Below are positions 50,239 through 60,950 of a DNA stretch of 64,000 nucleotides, piece after piece. The position numbers and the translations under genes are program-made. The stretch lies in assembly GCA_005888745.1 (NCBI GenBank), contig VBBS01000030.1, positions 140,175-204,174 on the forward strand, read 5' to 3'. Below the pieces are notes generated by a model. It had not been told where the DNA came from, made no database searches, and saw only the letters and a list, made by a program, of their open reading frames with translations. This DNA is from Candidatus Bathyarchaeota archaeon (lineage in GTDB: Archaea; Thermoproteota; Bathyarchaeia; 40CM-2-53-6). How positions within the stretch are numbered: position 1 is the first letter of the stretch; every line of letters starts with the position of its first letter.

Positions 50239-50940
50239 CTAGCTTCGGCGTAAAATGTCCACCTTTCCATCCTTCCGGCCGACGTAGGCGGTGTCGCACA
50301 TCTCTAGAAAGAGCCCCGTTTCTATAACTCCAGGAATCTTCTTGAGTTTTTCGTTGATGATGTCTGGGCGTCGGAGGTTGCGGTAGTAGGCGTCTACGAT
50401 TAAGTTGCCATTGTCGGTTATTACCGGCCCGACCTTACCGCCTGCTGCCTCCCTCAACCCTGCTTTCTCGGAGGTTTTTCGGATCTGTGCGAGTGTAGCG
50501 TCGTAGGCGAATGGTGTGATCTCGACGGGGATGGGTTGTATTCCTCCAAGGGTCTTTGTCAGTTTTCTCTCGTCGATGATGATGACTAGCTTCTTGGTAG
50601 TCGAGTCTACGATCTTCTCTCTTAGGAGGGCAGCGCCGCCGCCTTTGACTAGGTCAAGTGATCTCCATTGTACCTGGTCAGCGCCATCCAATGCTAGGTC
50701 AAGCTCACTATTTTCTGGTATTGTAGTTGTTTTCAGCCCGAGCCTTTTTGTTGCGATTTCCATCTGGTAGCTTGTCGGTACCCAGCTGATGTTGAGGTGT
50801 TCCTTCTTGATTCTCTCCGCGGCTAGATCTAGTGCTTTGAGGACGGTGGTTCCGCTTCCGAGGCCGACTATGGTGCTGTTTCTCAGTTCTCGGACGGCTT
50901 GCGCCGCTGCGCTAAGCCTTGCTTTTTCTACCCAGCTCAT
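50239..50940 (-). CDS. rpiA: Ribose-5-phosphate isomerase A
   Basis: IVGLGSGTT, LDGADQV, KGGGAALLREKIV and VIIIDERKL are RpiA signature segments. Confidence 0.85.
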   Translation of the reverse strand: MSWVEKARLSAAAQAVRELRNSTIVGLGSGTTVLKALDLAAERIKKEHLNISWVPTSYQMEIATKRLGLKTTTIPENSELDLALDGADQVQWRSLDLVKGGGAALLREKIVDSTTKKLVIIIDERKLTKTLGGIQPIPVEITPFAYDATLAQIRKTSEKAGLREAAGGKVGPVITDNGNLIVDAYYRNLRRPDIINEKLKKIPGVIETGLFLEMCDTAYVGRKDGKVDILRRS

Positions 50941-50949
50941 TGTGTCGTG

Positions 50950-51624
50950 TTAGCCTTCTGTTTCTATCTGTTCGAGACGCTCCATGGCTTTGAGGACTTC
51001 CTCCCGGATGGTCTCGATCTTTTCTTCGGCTTTGTTTCTCGCCTTTTCTCTTGGAGGCTTCTCCCTTGGAGGAGCGTCTTCCACTGTCTGTTCCGTTGGT
51101 TCGGTCTTGGTTGGGATAGGTTTTGGCTCCGTAGGTTTGGTCTCATTTGAACCTGGTAGGGTGAGCGACGGCCGGATCTTCTCGATCCTGGCTTGGATGT
51201 CCAAGAATGTTTCTTGGAATCTCATGAACAGGTCCTCTTTCGCTGTTTCGAGCTCGTACAGGTCCACTGTTTTCTTGTAGGTCTCGATCTCCGCGTCTAC
51301 CCGTTTGAGATCGTTCTTGTACGGTTGTATCATCTGGTTTTTTTCGGGCTCGTTGATGGTGCCCTTGGTCTCTGCTTCGTAGATCTTGGTGAGTGCGTCC
51401 CCTATGATGTCTCTTTCTAGGTTGGCGACTCTGAGCCTGTTCCGAGCCTTCGCGATATCTGATTCTGTCACGGTCTTGCGAATCGTGTCAGGTATGGGGA
51501 AGGGTTCCAGTCTAGTGATGGTTGTCGGGACTGGTTCCTCTATGGGTTTCTTTTTGCCGAATAGGATTAGCTGTGTGAAAAGTTGGAACGGGGCTCTGGG
51601 GCCCTTCCCCGGCAATAGAAGCAT
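50950..51624 (-). CDS. Membrane-anchored coiled-coil protein with a Lys/Glu-rich C-terminus, hypothetical
   Basis: N-terminal hydrophobic segment, long heptad-like helices, and a KPTEPKPIPTKTEPTEQ low-complexity tail. Confidence 0.4.
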   Translation of the reverse strand: MLLLPGKGPRAPFQLFTQLILFGKKKPIEEPVPTTITRLEPFPIPDTIRKTVTESDIAKARNRLRVANLERDIIGDALTKIYEAETKGTINEPEKNQMIQPYKNDLKRVDAEIETYKKTVDLYELETAKEDLFMRFQETFLDIQARIEKIRPSLTLPGSNETKPTEPKPIPTKTEPTEQTVEDAPPREKPPREKARNKAEEKIETIREEVLKAMERLEQIETEG

Positions 51625-51769
51625 TCCTCTAGCGATAACTCGCGTTAGGGCGGGTGCCGGATTATTATAGGTTTAGCAGAGCGGGATGTTTGTCTGTTAC
51701 TTGTGCTACGTAGCGACTTGTCCAGTTAGGTTATTAGTTCTTGTCTTGGTGCTTGTTCATGTTAGACTC

Positions 51770-52054
51770 ATGTCTCTCGCTTTGCGCTGTGAGAGCTGTG
51801 GAATGCCGATGGCGACGAATGAGGAGCATGGTGCTCAGAACCCGAATAACCCGTATTGTATTCATTGTACTGATATGAATGGGAAGCTTTTGCCGTTTGA
51901 GAAGAAGTTTGAGGAGTTGGTAAAGACGGCGATGGATACTCGGTGGATGAACCGTGAGCAGGCGGAGAAGAATGTGCTTGGTCAGATGGCGGAGCTGCCT
52001 GCCTGGCGGGGTCGTGTGGCTGAGATGAAGCTAGGCGCCACTAGTGGTCATTGA
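51770..52054 (+). CDS. Small zinc-ribbon protein (CxxCGMPM-type putative zinc ribbon domain). The ORF is open from 51686 through a hydrophobic leader.
   Basis: CESCGMPMATNEEHGAQNPNNPYCIHCTD, followed by a conserved helical tail. Confidence 0.4.
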   Translation: MSLALRCESCGMPMATNEEHGAQNPNNPYCIHCTDMNGKLLPFEKKFEELVKTAMDTRWMNREQAEKNVLGQMAELPAWRGRVAEMKLGATSGH

Positions 52055-52310
52055 CATCGGTGGCAGAACAGTTCTTGTCCCAATCGGACTTTGCAAGTCT
52101 GATTTCTAGTCCCAGTTAGAGGTCTGTACTCACGGCGAGTGTGAACTGTTCTAGGTGCATTCGCTCGGCTTGAAACTGTCGGTTTGGCTAGGAACTTTTC
52201 ATGGATGTCCGAGGGGACCGCTCATGACGGGCGAGATGCCTGAACCATACCCCATTCTTGTCAAGTCTTAGGAGGAGACCGAGAGTTGAGGTTGTCTTGT
52301 CTTATTTTGT

Positions 52311-55300
52311 CTAAAAAGGGAGGGCGGAGGCGTTGTCGCGCCTCTTGATGTATCCTTTCTTCCAGAACACTGCCAGCGTTCCTGCAATTCCTACTATTGC
52401 TGCCGATGTGATCGTTGCCTGTCCGTTGCCGCTACTTAGCCACGGTAGTCTGACTTCGAATGTTGCGACTGAAGCTGCGTCGAGTGGGCCTGACATGTGT
52501 GCCTTTGCTAGTACTGCATATGTTCCGATTAGCGCCTTGTCGGTGGAGAGGCTGAGGGTTGCCTTGTAGAGCCCGTTGGTCTGGGCTACGAGGACGAGGT
52601 TGGTGGTGGTGCCGTTAGGGTTGATGACGATGGCCGTCACCTGAGCGCTGGATGAGGTTACTGGGGCTCCGTTCAAGGTTGCTAGCACGTAGATCGCTAC
52701 TTTGTCCCCTGGGAAGTAGACTGATCCAACAGTCACGGTCGTTGCGAGGCCTCCTGATGCAGGTGCGGTTGTAACCCTGAAGTCTACGCTAGCTCTGCCG
52801 CCGAAGTACCGGTCCATTGCTTTGATCAAGTGCGGGCCGGGTTGTGATAGAGGCACGTCGAAGGTGAAGTTGAACGATCCATTCTTGGTGTTGGTGAAGC
52901 CGACAAACATGTCGTCGAAGGTGGACTATGATTTTTGTTCCCGGGCTACCGCTGGATGGGGTAACTGTTAGGGTTGGAGGGGGTAGAATGGTGACAGTTC
53001 CATCTGTCATGCTGTTGTCCGCCGGGGTTGGGTCCCCGGTGAGGAGCACTGTGGCGGAAATCGTGTAGTTGCCTGCCGCCAAGCCTAGCGTGTCCCAGGA
53101 GACACTGGCATATGCGTAGTAGGAGCAGCCTATGCAGTTGGGTGGGGGTGCCTGTACGAAGACCCCGTTGAGAGTTGCTACAGCCGCGGAGTTTGCGTAG
53201 ATCGTAACGCCGACCGTGTCGTTGAGGGTTCCAGTATTTGCAATGACGACTTGGATGCCAACGAACGCACTGGAGACCGCAATCTGCGGATAGGCTTGGA
53301 TGCTGACGATCGCGACGTCGTGCGGGGGCCTATTGAGTACATTTACCACGTGCGATGTAGTGCTGGAGAGGCCGCTGCTATCGATGACTGAGAGCGTGAC
53401 GGTATAGTTTCCGGAGGCGAAATATGTGTGGTACATTGTGGGATAGTTAGAAGAGTATGATCCTGATGAGTCTCCAAAGTTCCAGAAGAACTGGTTGATG
53501 AAACCGTCGGGGTCGGAGCTTGGGGAAGCGTCGAAGAAGACCTGCCCGCCAACTAGCGGATTCGCGGGTGTGAAGCTGAACTGGGCTACCGGATTCTCAT
53601 CGACTAGGGGTACGAGCACGAAACCGTCCTGTGTGGTCGACGGGATCAGTTGGCCAGCCCTATCGGCTAGTAGTGTATTGCTGAGGTGAAGATTGTATAG
53701 CCCGCTCTGGCTGGGCATGAGTGTTATGGCCGCTAGAACGCTGGTGCCATTTACCGTGGGTGCGCCGGCCAGTAGAGTGAATGCGACAGTTATCATTCCA
53801 TTCGAGATGGTTCTGGTTGATACGAAACCGGTGTTCGTGTTGAGGGCGTTCTGCCAGAACGTCCCGAGGACGATGCTCGCATTGAAGGTCTGGAATGCGG
53901 TGTTGTTATAGTTCAGGGTGAATTGCCAGCCGAATAGGTTGACAGCGTTGACTGCTTCAACGTTCACCGTGAAGCTTCCGCTCGCCACCGTCATGTTCTG
54001 GATTATTGGGGAGCTTGGGCTCATGTTGACGGCGACTAAAGCAGGACCCGAGACGGCTGGATGAACGGGTATTGTGCCAATAGTTGAATTGACGAGGTTT
54101 ACGTTGTCTGTAACGGTCAGTATTACGGTGTAGTTGCCTGGATTGGAGTATGAGTGGCTCGTCGTGGGTACAAAACCGTTGGTCGTCGATCCGTCGCCGA
54201 AAGCCCATAGCCAGTTTGTAATAACGCCGTCAGGGTCGAAGCTGGCTGAGCCTTCAAAACTGACGGGCTGACCGGCGGTTGGGTCTGCAGGAGTGAACGT
54301 GAATATGGCTATTGGCGCCCGGTCGCCGGTTAGACCTACGTTTACTCTGAGGAATGCATGACTTGGTTGAGCATTGATAATGATGTTGCCGAGCGAGTCC
54401 CTTGCTGAGCCTGTTGCTCCAAGATCGTCGGCGACTCTGAGGGTAACATTGTATGATCCGGCAGTGGTGTAGTTGTGGTTTAGGAGGGCGCCCGTGACTC
54501 CGAGATCTTGCGTGCCGTCTCCAAAGTCCCAGAAGTACCCGGCGGGATTAGCGATCGTGCCATCGCTGTCAGTGCTACCTTTGCCCTCAAAGACCACGTT
54601 GAAAGGTCCCGACCGGGTGTCGGGAGTCGCGATGAGCATGGCGCGAGGTGGATCATTCGTAATGGTTTCGCTCGCTCCAATTCCGGCCAAAACGCCTGGT
54701 ATGAGGGCGCCTGTACTGTCAACAAAAATCACGTTGGTTATACGGAACAACTGCGGGGCGCTCTGTTTTGTCAGTAGTTCGAAGTTGACATTTGCTAGAA
54801 TATTGTTCGTTGAGAGTGTGACTGTTGGGTTGGGCGCTAGTATTGTCAGGAAGACCGTGATTGATCCATTCGACCCGAAAGAGTTTACGGTGAAAGAGCC
54901 GAACGCTTTGTTGCCCGCGATCAACCCGGCCCAGTTCGCTGCCGCAGTGGTTGTCTGCGCACCGAAGAGTACACCGTTAGCCGATCCGTCGGGATATGTG
55001 GATGCGGCGCTAGGGTCGCCTTGAGGGATGAACGCTGTTGCATTGTAGTTTATCGTGAATTGCCATCCATCAAGGTTTGAGATCGGGTTCGAGGCGCTCG
55101 CGTTTACAACTGCGCCGACCCTGAAGCTTTTCGCGTCCGAGGCGGAGGACGTTACTAAGACGTCGGTCTGGGTGAGGCTTGCAGCATCTAGGTCAACGAC
55201 GTGGACTGCGGCGGCATGAGCAGGTCTTACTCCAGTCGATGTGAGTCCGGTTAGAAGTACAGCTAGAAGGAGGAATGTTGAGAGCAATTTGCTCATTTCT

Positions 55301-55341
55301 GAGCTAGGTTTCATAGAACTCTCTAAGTTGCTCCATTTCAC
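52311..55341 (-). CDS. Large cell-surface protein with multiple PKD domains and a C-terminal TM anchor. The frame shifts near 52915: ORF 52789..55341 carries the signal peptide and PKD domains, and ORF 52311..52910 carries the terminal beta-domain and TM anchor.
   Basis: Signal peptide. Repeated PKD hallmarks (YFWDFGDGT, WLWAFGDGS, FFWNFGDSS). The two ORFs encode the same peptide TLTVTPSSGSPGTKIIVH up to the shift. The downstream frame continues as a credible domain ending AAIVGIAGTLAVFWKKGYIKRR. Confidence 0.6.
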
Positions 55342-55432
55342 TATGAATAAAAATCTTTAGGGCTGGGGATATCCAGGGCTAACTCGGGAATGAAATTGAA
55401 AGGCAGAATCGACTTCGACCAGGAGGTCTAGG

Positions 55433-55804
55433 TTGTGGCTTCCATGGCCGAAGGAGGCGCGGTCCGTTCGGCTCATCGATTCGGTTTGGGTTAGAGAACC
55501 CTTATCCTCGAAGAGAACGAATGCTTCTATGGCGATGAAGTGGATTTTACTGATATTCTTGCCGTTCCTTGCCGGGATCTCAGTGTTTGTGGCATTCGCT
55601 CAGCCCGTGACAGCTATAGTCTGGATTCCATCGTTCATAGCTTGCGTAGCCGTTGTCACTTGGTATTACGAGAAGCATCATCAAGGAGAATCCACTGATA
55701 CTTGGGAGGTGTCCGAGGAAAAATGGCAGAACACTCTAGCTCAGCACGTTGACAAGATGAAAGAAAAGCGCGAGAAATCATCGGATAATGAAACCCCCCA
55801 GTAG
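55433..55804 (+). CDS. Small membrane protein (2 TM), hypothetical
   Basis: Two hydrophobic helices and an acidic C-terminus. Confidence 0.35.
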   Translation: MWLPWPKEARSVRLIDSVWVREPLSSKRTNASMAMKWILLIFLPFLAGISVFVAFAQPVTAIVWIPSFIACVAVVTWYYEKHHQGESTDTWEVSEEKWQNTLAQHVDKMKEKREKSSDNETPQ

Positions 55805-56260
55805 CGACGGCGAATCGCGCAGGTCCGTTCGTGAGGACTCTGCGTACTTTGCCAGCCAAAGCAAATTACACCTAAGGGAGAGACCCTGCACGTCTGAGTT
55901 TTCCGGAGTCTAGCTTGAGAATGATAAATCCAAAGGAGCCATCTGTGTGGAGACAGCTATGGATTCAGATCGCCATAATGGTTCCGCTTCTCACTGATGC
56001 TCTCGCGTTGATTACGCTTACCCTCGTCCACAACTTTATTCATGACCGGATTGATATCGATTTGGTTGGGCCTGCACGCACGGAGATCTCGTCACCCAGG
56101 GGAGCTTATTCGTACTATTCGGGGACCACGGACATTGCAGGTCGACCAGGCGTCTCGTTCGGAACTTTTTCCATTTTCCCGATTTGCATCAGAAATCATT
56201 GCGGTCGCGATCACAATGCTGTTCCCATAAGATCATCGATACTCAATAAAATAGAATTTG

Positions 56261-56367
56261 TGGAGCCCCGGACGAGATTTGAACTCGTGACCTTTGCCTT
56301 TTTGAGGAGTCTACCAAGGCAACGCTCTTGGCTGGTTGTGGTATCTACCAGGCTGAGCCACCGGGGC
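56261..56367 (-). tRNA. tRNA-Thr (anticodon GGT) with two intervening sequences: about 12 nt in the anticodon loop and about 18 nt in the D-arm. CCA is encoded.
   Basis: GCCCCGG-TG-GCTC-AGCCTGGTA[GATACCACAACCAGCCAA]GAGC-G-TTGCC-[TTGGTA + GACTCCTCAAAA + A]-GGCAA-AGGTC-ACGAGTTCAAATCTCGT-CCGGGGC-T-CCA. The acceptor and T-arm are nearly identical to the tRNA-Thr(TGT) at 47023. Confidence 0.55.
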
Positions 56368-56459
56368 ATTCGAGAATGGTCGCGGTTTTCCCGAGCTATA
56401 TGAATTGCTAGAAATGTCTTGACGGGCGTATGCTAGGACCACGATGTCCAACATAACCA

Positions 56460-57005
56460 TCAACAGATGAAGGAAGGCCCTAATGGTCCGCGATCAAACT
56501 CAAATTGACTTTCTTTTTTGAAGGTCCACAGCATTGTGTGATAGTTGCCCACGAACGTCTTAACAACCGGATCTTCAGAGCTTACCCGGCCGATCTGCTC
56601 GGGGCCTACCCCAGTAAATGTTAACTTGACCGAGGTTGTTCCTTGGGCAGGAATGTGAAAGGACTCGGTGTCCGACTGAACAATCCCCGGACCAGTATAG
56701 TTGTAGCTGATCTTCCAGACCCCGTCAATTGGAAGGTATGAAAGGTTGCTGAATAGTATCCTCTCGTTTCTCGCGAAGCCGTTGCCTTGTAACGACATGC
56801 AGTTGTCATATGTCGTCACGTTGCTGGAAGCTTCACTCGCAAATGCCCAAAGTCCTGGAAGCCCTCCCAGAAAGAGAACGATCAAGATCGCTAGAATCAC
56901 AAAGGGTGTGGTCAACACTTTATTTAGTTGCCCGGGGAACGGCGACTTCTCGTTCTTGGATCTCCAAGCGAGGGCGTTGAGCACTCGACGCTCATTAATT
57001 CTCAC
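56460..57005 (-). CDS. Secreted or membrane-anchored hypothetical protein
   Basis: N-terminal TM/signal peptide. No motif recognised. Confidence 0.4.
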   Translation of the reverse strand: MRINERRVLNALAWRSKNEKSPFPGQLNKVLTTPFVILAILIVLFLGGLPGLWAFASEASSNVTTYDNCMSLQGNGFARNERILFSNLSYLPIDGVWKISYNYTGPGIVQSDTESFHIPAQGTTSVKLTFTGVGPEQIGRVSSEDPVVKTFVGNYHTMLWTFKKESQFEFDRGPLGPSFIC

Positions 57006-57304
57006 AATTTCCTCCTTCTCTTAGAAGACGATTTTCAAGGGGTTTCGACAAACCTTTCTCACCAAATATAGTGCACACCTATTGAGCGAGTCAGAAGTTC
57101 GGGCTTGGCTGTCTGGAAAAAAACTTCATGTCGAACTTGCTCGTCATCAACCTCTATAGCTCCGTCGAGGAAATTGAGAACCCAGTACGGAGATATCTGC
57201 GGACTTCGCTTGGGATAACTCACCGTCCCAAGAATGAGGATGGTTGAACGTACTACCACAAGCGTTAATACAGCACTGGCTAATTTTCTGAACAGGAAAT
57301 TATC

Positions 57305-59575
57305 TTGAAACCAAAACTCTCTCTACTAGCTATCACTCTCTTCGTACTTACACTATCTCCGTTCGTTACAGCGCTTGAAAGCGGAACTGACGCACCAGTT
57401 GCTCCAGCCAGCGGAGTTTCTGACTATGCAATTATCGGACTTAGCGATCAGCCACTGTCCAGCTACGATGGCTCAGTTCAGGGATATGCCGCGACGAAAC
57501 CCGTCCCTGGACACAAGTTGGATCTCGGCTCGCAAGCTGCACAGTCCTACTCATCATACCTCGCGAACGAGCGAGGCGCCTTGAAGGGATGGCTCAAGAA
57601 CAATGCCCCAGAAGTACAAGTCCTCTACGAATACTCGCTCGTGCTAAACGGCTTGGCGGTTAAGTTGAATGGCCACAACTCCAATGCTCTCACCCACGGG
57701 CCTAACGCCGCATGGGTCTTACCCGCATCCACCTACACCACGCAGGACGACATTTCAAACAACCTAATCGGCGCGCCAGCAGTCTGGACCGCGCTCGGAG
57801 GACAGAGCAACGCCGGAGCAGGAATGAAGATCGGTATCATTGACACCGGGATCGATCAAACGCATCCTTTTCTCACCGACAACTCACTGACAGTACCCTC
57901 GGGCTTTCCGAAGTGCGACGCGAGAGACTCTGCAGTTGGAACACCTGACACCTCATGTCTCTTCACAAGCAACAAGATCCTGGTTTCCAAGGTCTTTCAG
58001 CTTACGCAAGGGACCAACTTTGACGCCCACGCCGCCCAAGACCACGGAACACACGTTTCCGGCATCGCAGCAGGAGTAGCAAATACGTGCGCACCGCTGG
58101 TGGGCTGCGCAATGAGCGGAGTTGCACCGAAAGCCTACCTCGGCAACTACAACGTCTTCCCAGGAAACATAACCGACGCCAACAGCATTGACATTGCGAT
58201 GGCGGTTGAAGCAGCTGTCGCTGACGGAATGGACGTGCTCAACCTCAGCCTCGGAGGTACACCTACACCGCACGACCCACTCGTCGACGCGGTGAATGAC
58301 GCGGTCGACGCTGGTGTCGTAGTCGCGATCGCCGCCGGCAACGCTGGACCGGGACCTTTCAGTGTCGAGTCCCCCGGCATAGCCAGTGAAGTGATCACAG
58401 TTGGCGCGAGCAGTGACCCGCACTTCATCGGGATACCGGTAATGGTCAGCAGTCTAGGTACTTTCGGAGCGGCTCTCGGACAATTCACCAACTTCGTGCC
58501 GGCAAGCACCGCTACATACATTACGACTTCGCCAGCCAACGGTTGCAGCTCTATCAGCACGAACCTATCGGGCAAGATTGCCCTGATCGCGCGCGGCACT
58601 TGCACGTTCAGCACCAAGATACGCAATGCTCAGACCGCAGGTGCGGTGGGAGTCATCGTCTACAACAGCGTGCAGGGTGACCCGACGGCGATGGCCCAGG
58701 ACGGCTCGCCAAACCAGCCTACGATTCCCGCGGTGATGGTATCGCGACCGAATGGGCTCGCGATGGCTGCGATCTCACCTAACACCGTCACGGTCGACGG
58801 CACGACTCGACAGCACTTCCTTTCCGGCGCTGCGAGCGCTGACATACTGGCAAGCTTCTCTTCAATAGGTCCTCCCATTCTCGTATTGAAGCATGGGAAA
58901 GCAAGCCTCATTGAGGAGATCAAGCCTGACGTTGTAGCGCCCGGAGTAAACGTACTATCCTCGGTTCCAGCCTACGACTGTAGCACTCCTCCATGCTACG
59001 CGTTCTTCTCTGGCACCAGCATGGCTACACCACATGTCGCAGGCGCGGCTGCAATTCTGAAACAGCTTCACCCCGACTGGTCACCACTGCAGATCAAATC
59101 GTCACTTGAGACTACTGGTGATCCCGTCAAGAGCTTCAATACTCTCTCACCGCTGTCCAACCCAATGGTCAGAGGTGGTGGACGCATCAACCTAGCCAAC
59201 GCTGGCTCTGTTTCAGCGACAGTGGACGCGGACGATGGAATCGCAAGCGTCGACTTCGGAACCTCCGCAGCAGTACAGTTTACACGGCCTGAGCAAGTGA
59301 CTGTCACCGATACTAGTGGAGTCGGATACTCGTACAGTGTTAGCGTGAACCAGGTTCAAAGCGTAGGCCCTTCAATAACTGCTCCATCGAGCTTTACTGT
59401 CGGCGCAGGCCAATCCGCAAAGCTTACGGTGACGCTCACGGTAAGCGCTGGCACCAGCCCCGGCGACTATTACGGCTACGTTGTCCTGTCTGGTGGACCA
59501 GTTCCACTCAGCATACCATACTGGGTTGAGCTAGCAACTCCTCACCACGCGGGTCGCGGCGTAATTTCGCTGTAA
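57305..59575 (+). CDS. Subtilisin-like serine protease (peptidase S8) with a signal peptide, an inserted PA-like domain and a C-terminal beta-domain
   Basis: Catalytic triad contexts GIIDTGID (Asp), HGTHVSGIAAG (His) and GTSMATPHVAGAAA (Ser). N-terminal signal peptide. Confidence 0.85.
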   Translation: MKPKLSLLAITLFVLTLSPFVTALESGTDAPVAPASGVSDYAIIGLSDQPLSSYDGSVQGYAATKPVPGHKLDLGSQAAQSYSSYLANERGALKGWLKNNAPEVQVLYEYSLVLNGLAVKLNGHNSNALTHGPNAAWVLPASTYTTQDDISNNLIGAPAVWTALGGQSNAGAGMKIGIIDTGIDQTHPFLTDNSLTVPSGFPKCDARDSAVGTPDTSCLFTSNKILVSKVFQLTQGTNFDAHAAQDHGTHVSGIAAGVANTCAPLVGCAMSGVAPKAYLGNYNVFPGNITDANSIDIAMAVEAAVADGMDVLNLSLGGTPTPHDPLVDAVNDAVDAGVVVAIAAGNAGPGPFSVESPGIASEVITVGASSDPHFIGIPVMVSSLGTFGAALGQFTNFVPASTATYITTSPANGCSSISTNLSGKIALIARGTCTFSTKIRNAQTAGAVGVIVYNSVQGDPTAMAQDGSPNQPTIPAVMVSRPNGLAMAAISPNTVTVDGTTRQHFLSGAASADILASFSSIGPPILVLKHGKASLIEEIKPDVVAPGVNVLSSVPAYDCSTPPCYAFFSGTSMATPHVAGAAAILKQLHPDWSPLQIKSSLETTGDPVKSFNTLSPLSNPMVRGGGRINLANAGSVSATVDADDGIASVDFGTSAAVQFTRPEQVTVTDTSGVGYSYSVSVNQVQSVGPSITAPSSFTVGAGQSAKLTVTLTVSAGTSPGDYYGYVVLSGGPVPLSIPYWVELATPHHAGRGVISL

Positions 59576-60257
59576 GAAAACCCCTCTCTCCCTCTTTTTT
59601 TGTGTCTCGAAGACACGAGAGTCTATTCTGCGATTTGCTTCCAGACCATAACCGTTTCTGACATGTTGTGAAATGCCCATTTCCCATGAAATGAGTAACG
59701 ATCGTATTGGTCGACAGCCCTACTCAAACAGTCTTTCTCGACCCTGAGATATCCCAGATTGCCGCTTCGGCCGCGTCACAAGAGACTGTGAAATACGACT
59801 GTGCAGTCGATGCCGGGGGAACCTCGTACTTGTGAGCACTCGTTTTTTTTGGCTCGACGCCAATCCCCCCAAATTGGAACCCGGCGGCCGACATCAATGG
59901 CGACGGCGTGATCAATGTCTTACGTCTAACTCTTTCAGGGGCGATCTTTCTGCGTATTTGCGGTTGGATGTCGATAATCTTGAAAAAGCCTGAAAGTGCA
60001 ACTCTGTCAGAGGTTCTAGCTGGTAATGCTGACCCATAGCTTTCTTACCGATTTGTTAATCCGTCAGAGTTACAAATATCTCACAAGCTATTTCTGAATC
60101 GCTTGGGACAAAACGAAGACGATTCAACGATTCAATTCGGAAGATTCGCGGAACAAGACTTCCTGTAACGGACCGTTATGGGTCAACGGTCTTAAACGGG
60201 ATCGATGGTTCCTCTAGATTTTCGGATCTTATGAATATGCTCGGATCCGCTTGGGTC

Positions 60258-60752
60258 CTAGTTATGACTTAGTAGTAATGTAAGGAAGGTTGTGCCTTGA
60301 ATCCATTCCACCCCGGCTCTGGGATTCACGTGGCTGGTCAGAAGAGGTGTTCCGCCCGATACAGGCGGGTTTCCTCCGAATGCTATGGAAAGTTTCTCGA
60401 TGGGCGTTCCATCGTTAAAGTTGAGGGTTATGTCTGCGCTGTACGTTCCGTTGGGGTCTGTGCCGCAACCAAATCCGATTCGATGTGAAAGGTTCGGGTC
60501 GAAGAAACTAGACGTCTGATAGGAGACTGGACCGATGCTGATCTGTTGGAGTTCAGCTGTAAAAGTGACGTTCAATTGGTAGTAGGGCTGTCCATCGATA
60601 GTGGTGGAACCGAGACTACCGTGAGTTACTGGTGTTCCGCCTAGTGGTGGCGAGCCGCAATCGGGCTGGGTATATTGAATGTAGTAGGCGAGGATCGAGA
60701 CTGAGCCGCCGATCATCAGGGCCACAATGATTATTGTGTTGAGTCTTCTCAT
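60258..60752 (-). CDS. Secreted hypothetical protein (N-terminal TM/signal)
   Basis: MRRLNTIIIVALMIGGSVSILAYY leader. No motif recognised. Confidence 0.4.
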   Translation of the reverse strand: MRRLNTIIIVALMIGGSVSILAYYIQYTQPDCGSPPLGGTPVTHGSLGSTTIDGQPYYQLNVTFTAELQQISIGPVSYQTSSFFDPNLSHRIGFGCGTDPNGTYSADITLNFNDGTPIEKLSIAFGGNPPVSGGTPLLTSHVNPRAGVEWIQGTTFLTLLLSHN

Positions 60753-60950
60753 TGTTTCAACTGTTTCTTGGACCCGAGACTACACTGCTGAGATCTGGAC
60801 TGTTGCTAATTTACATAGCTTCGCTTGGCTGACTGTCGCACAAACGGCTTTGATATCGATCCGCAGGGGTCATAAGTGTTGCAGTTCGCGTGTATCTCGA
60901 TAAGGATAAACGAGAGTTGCCCTCTTTCTTAGCAAGTAGAGAGAGTCCCG

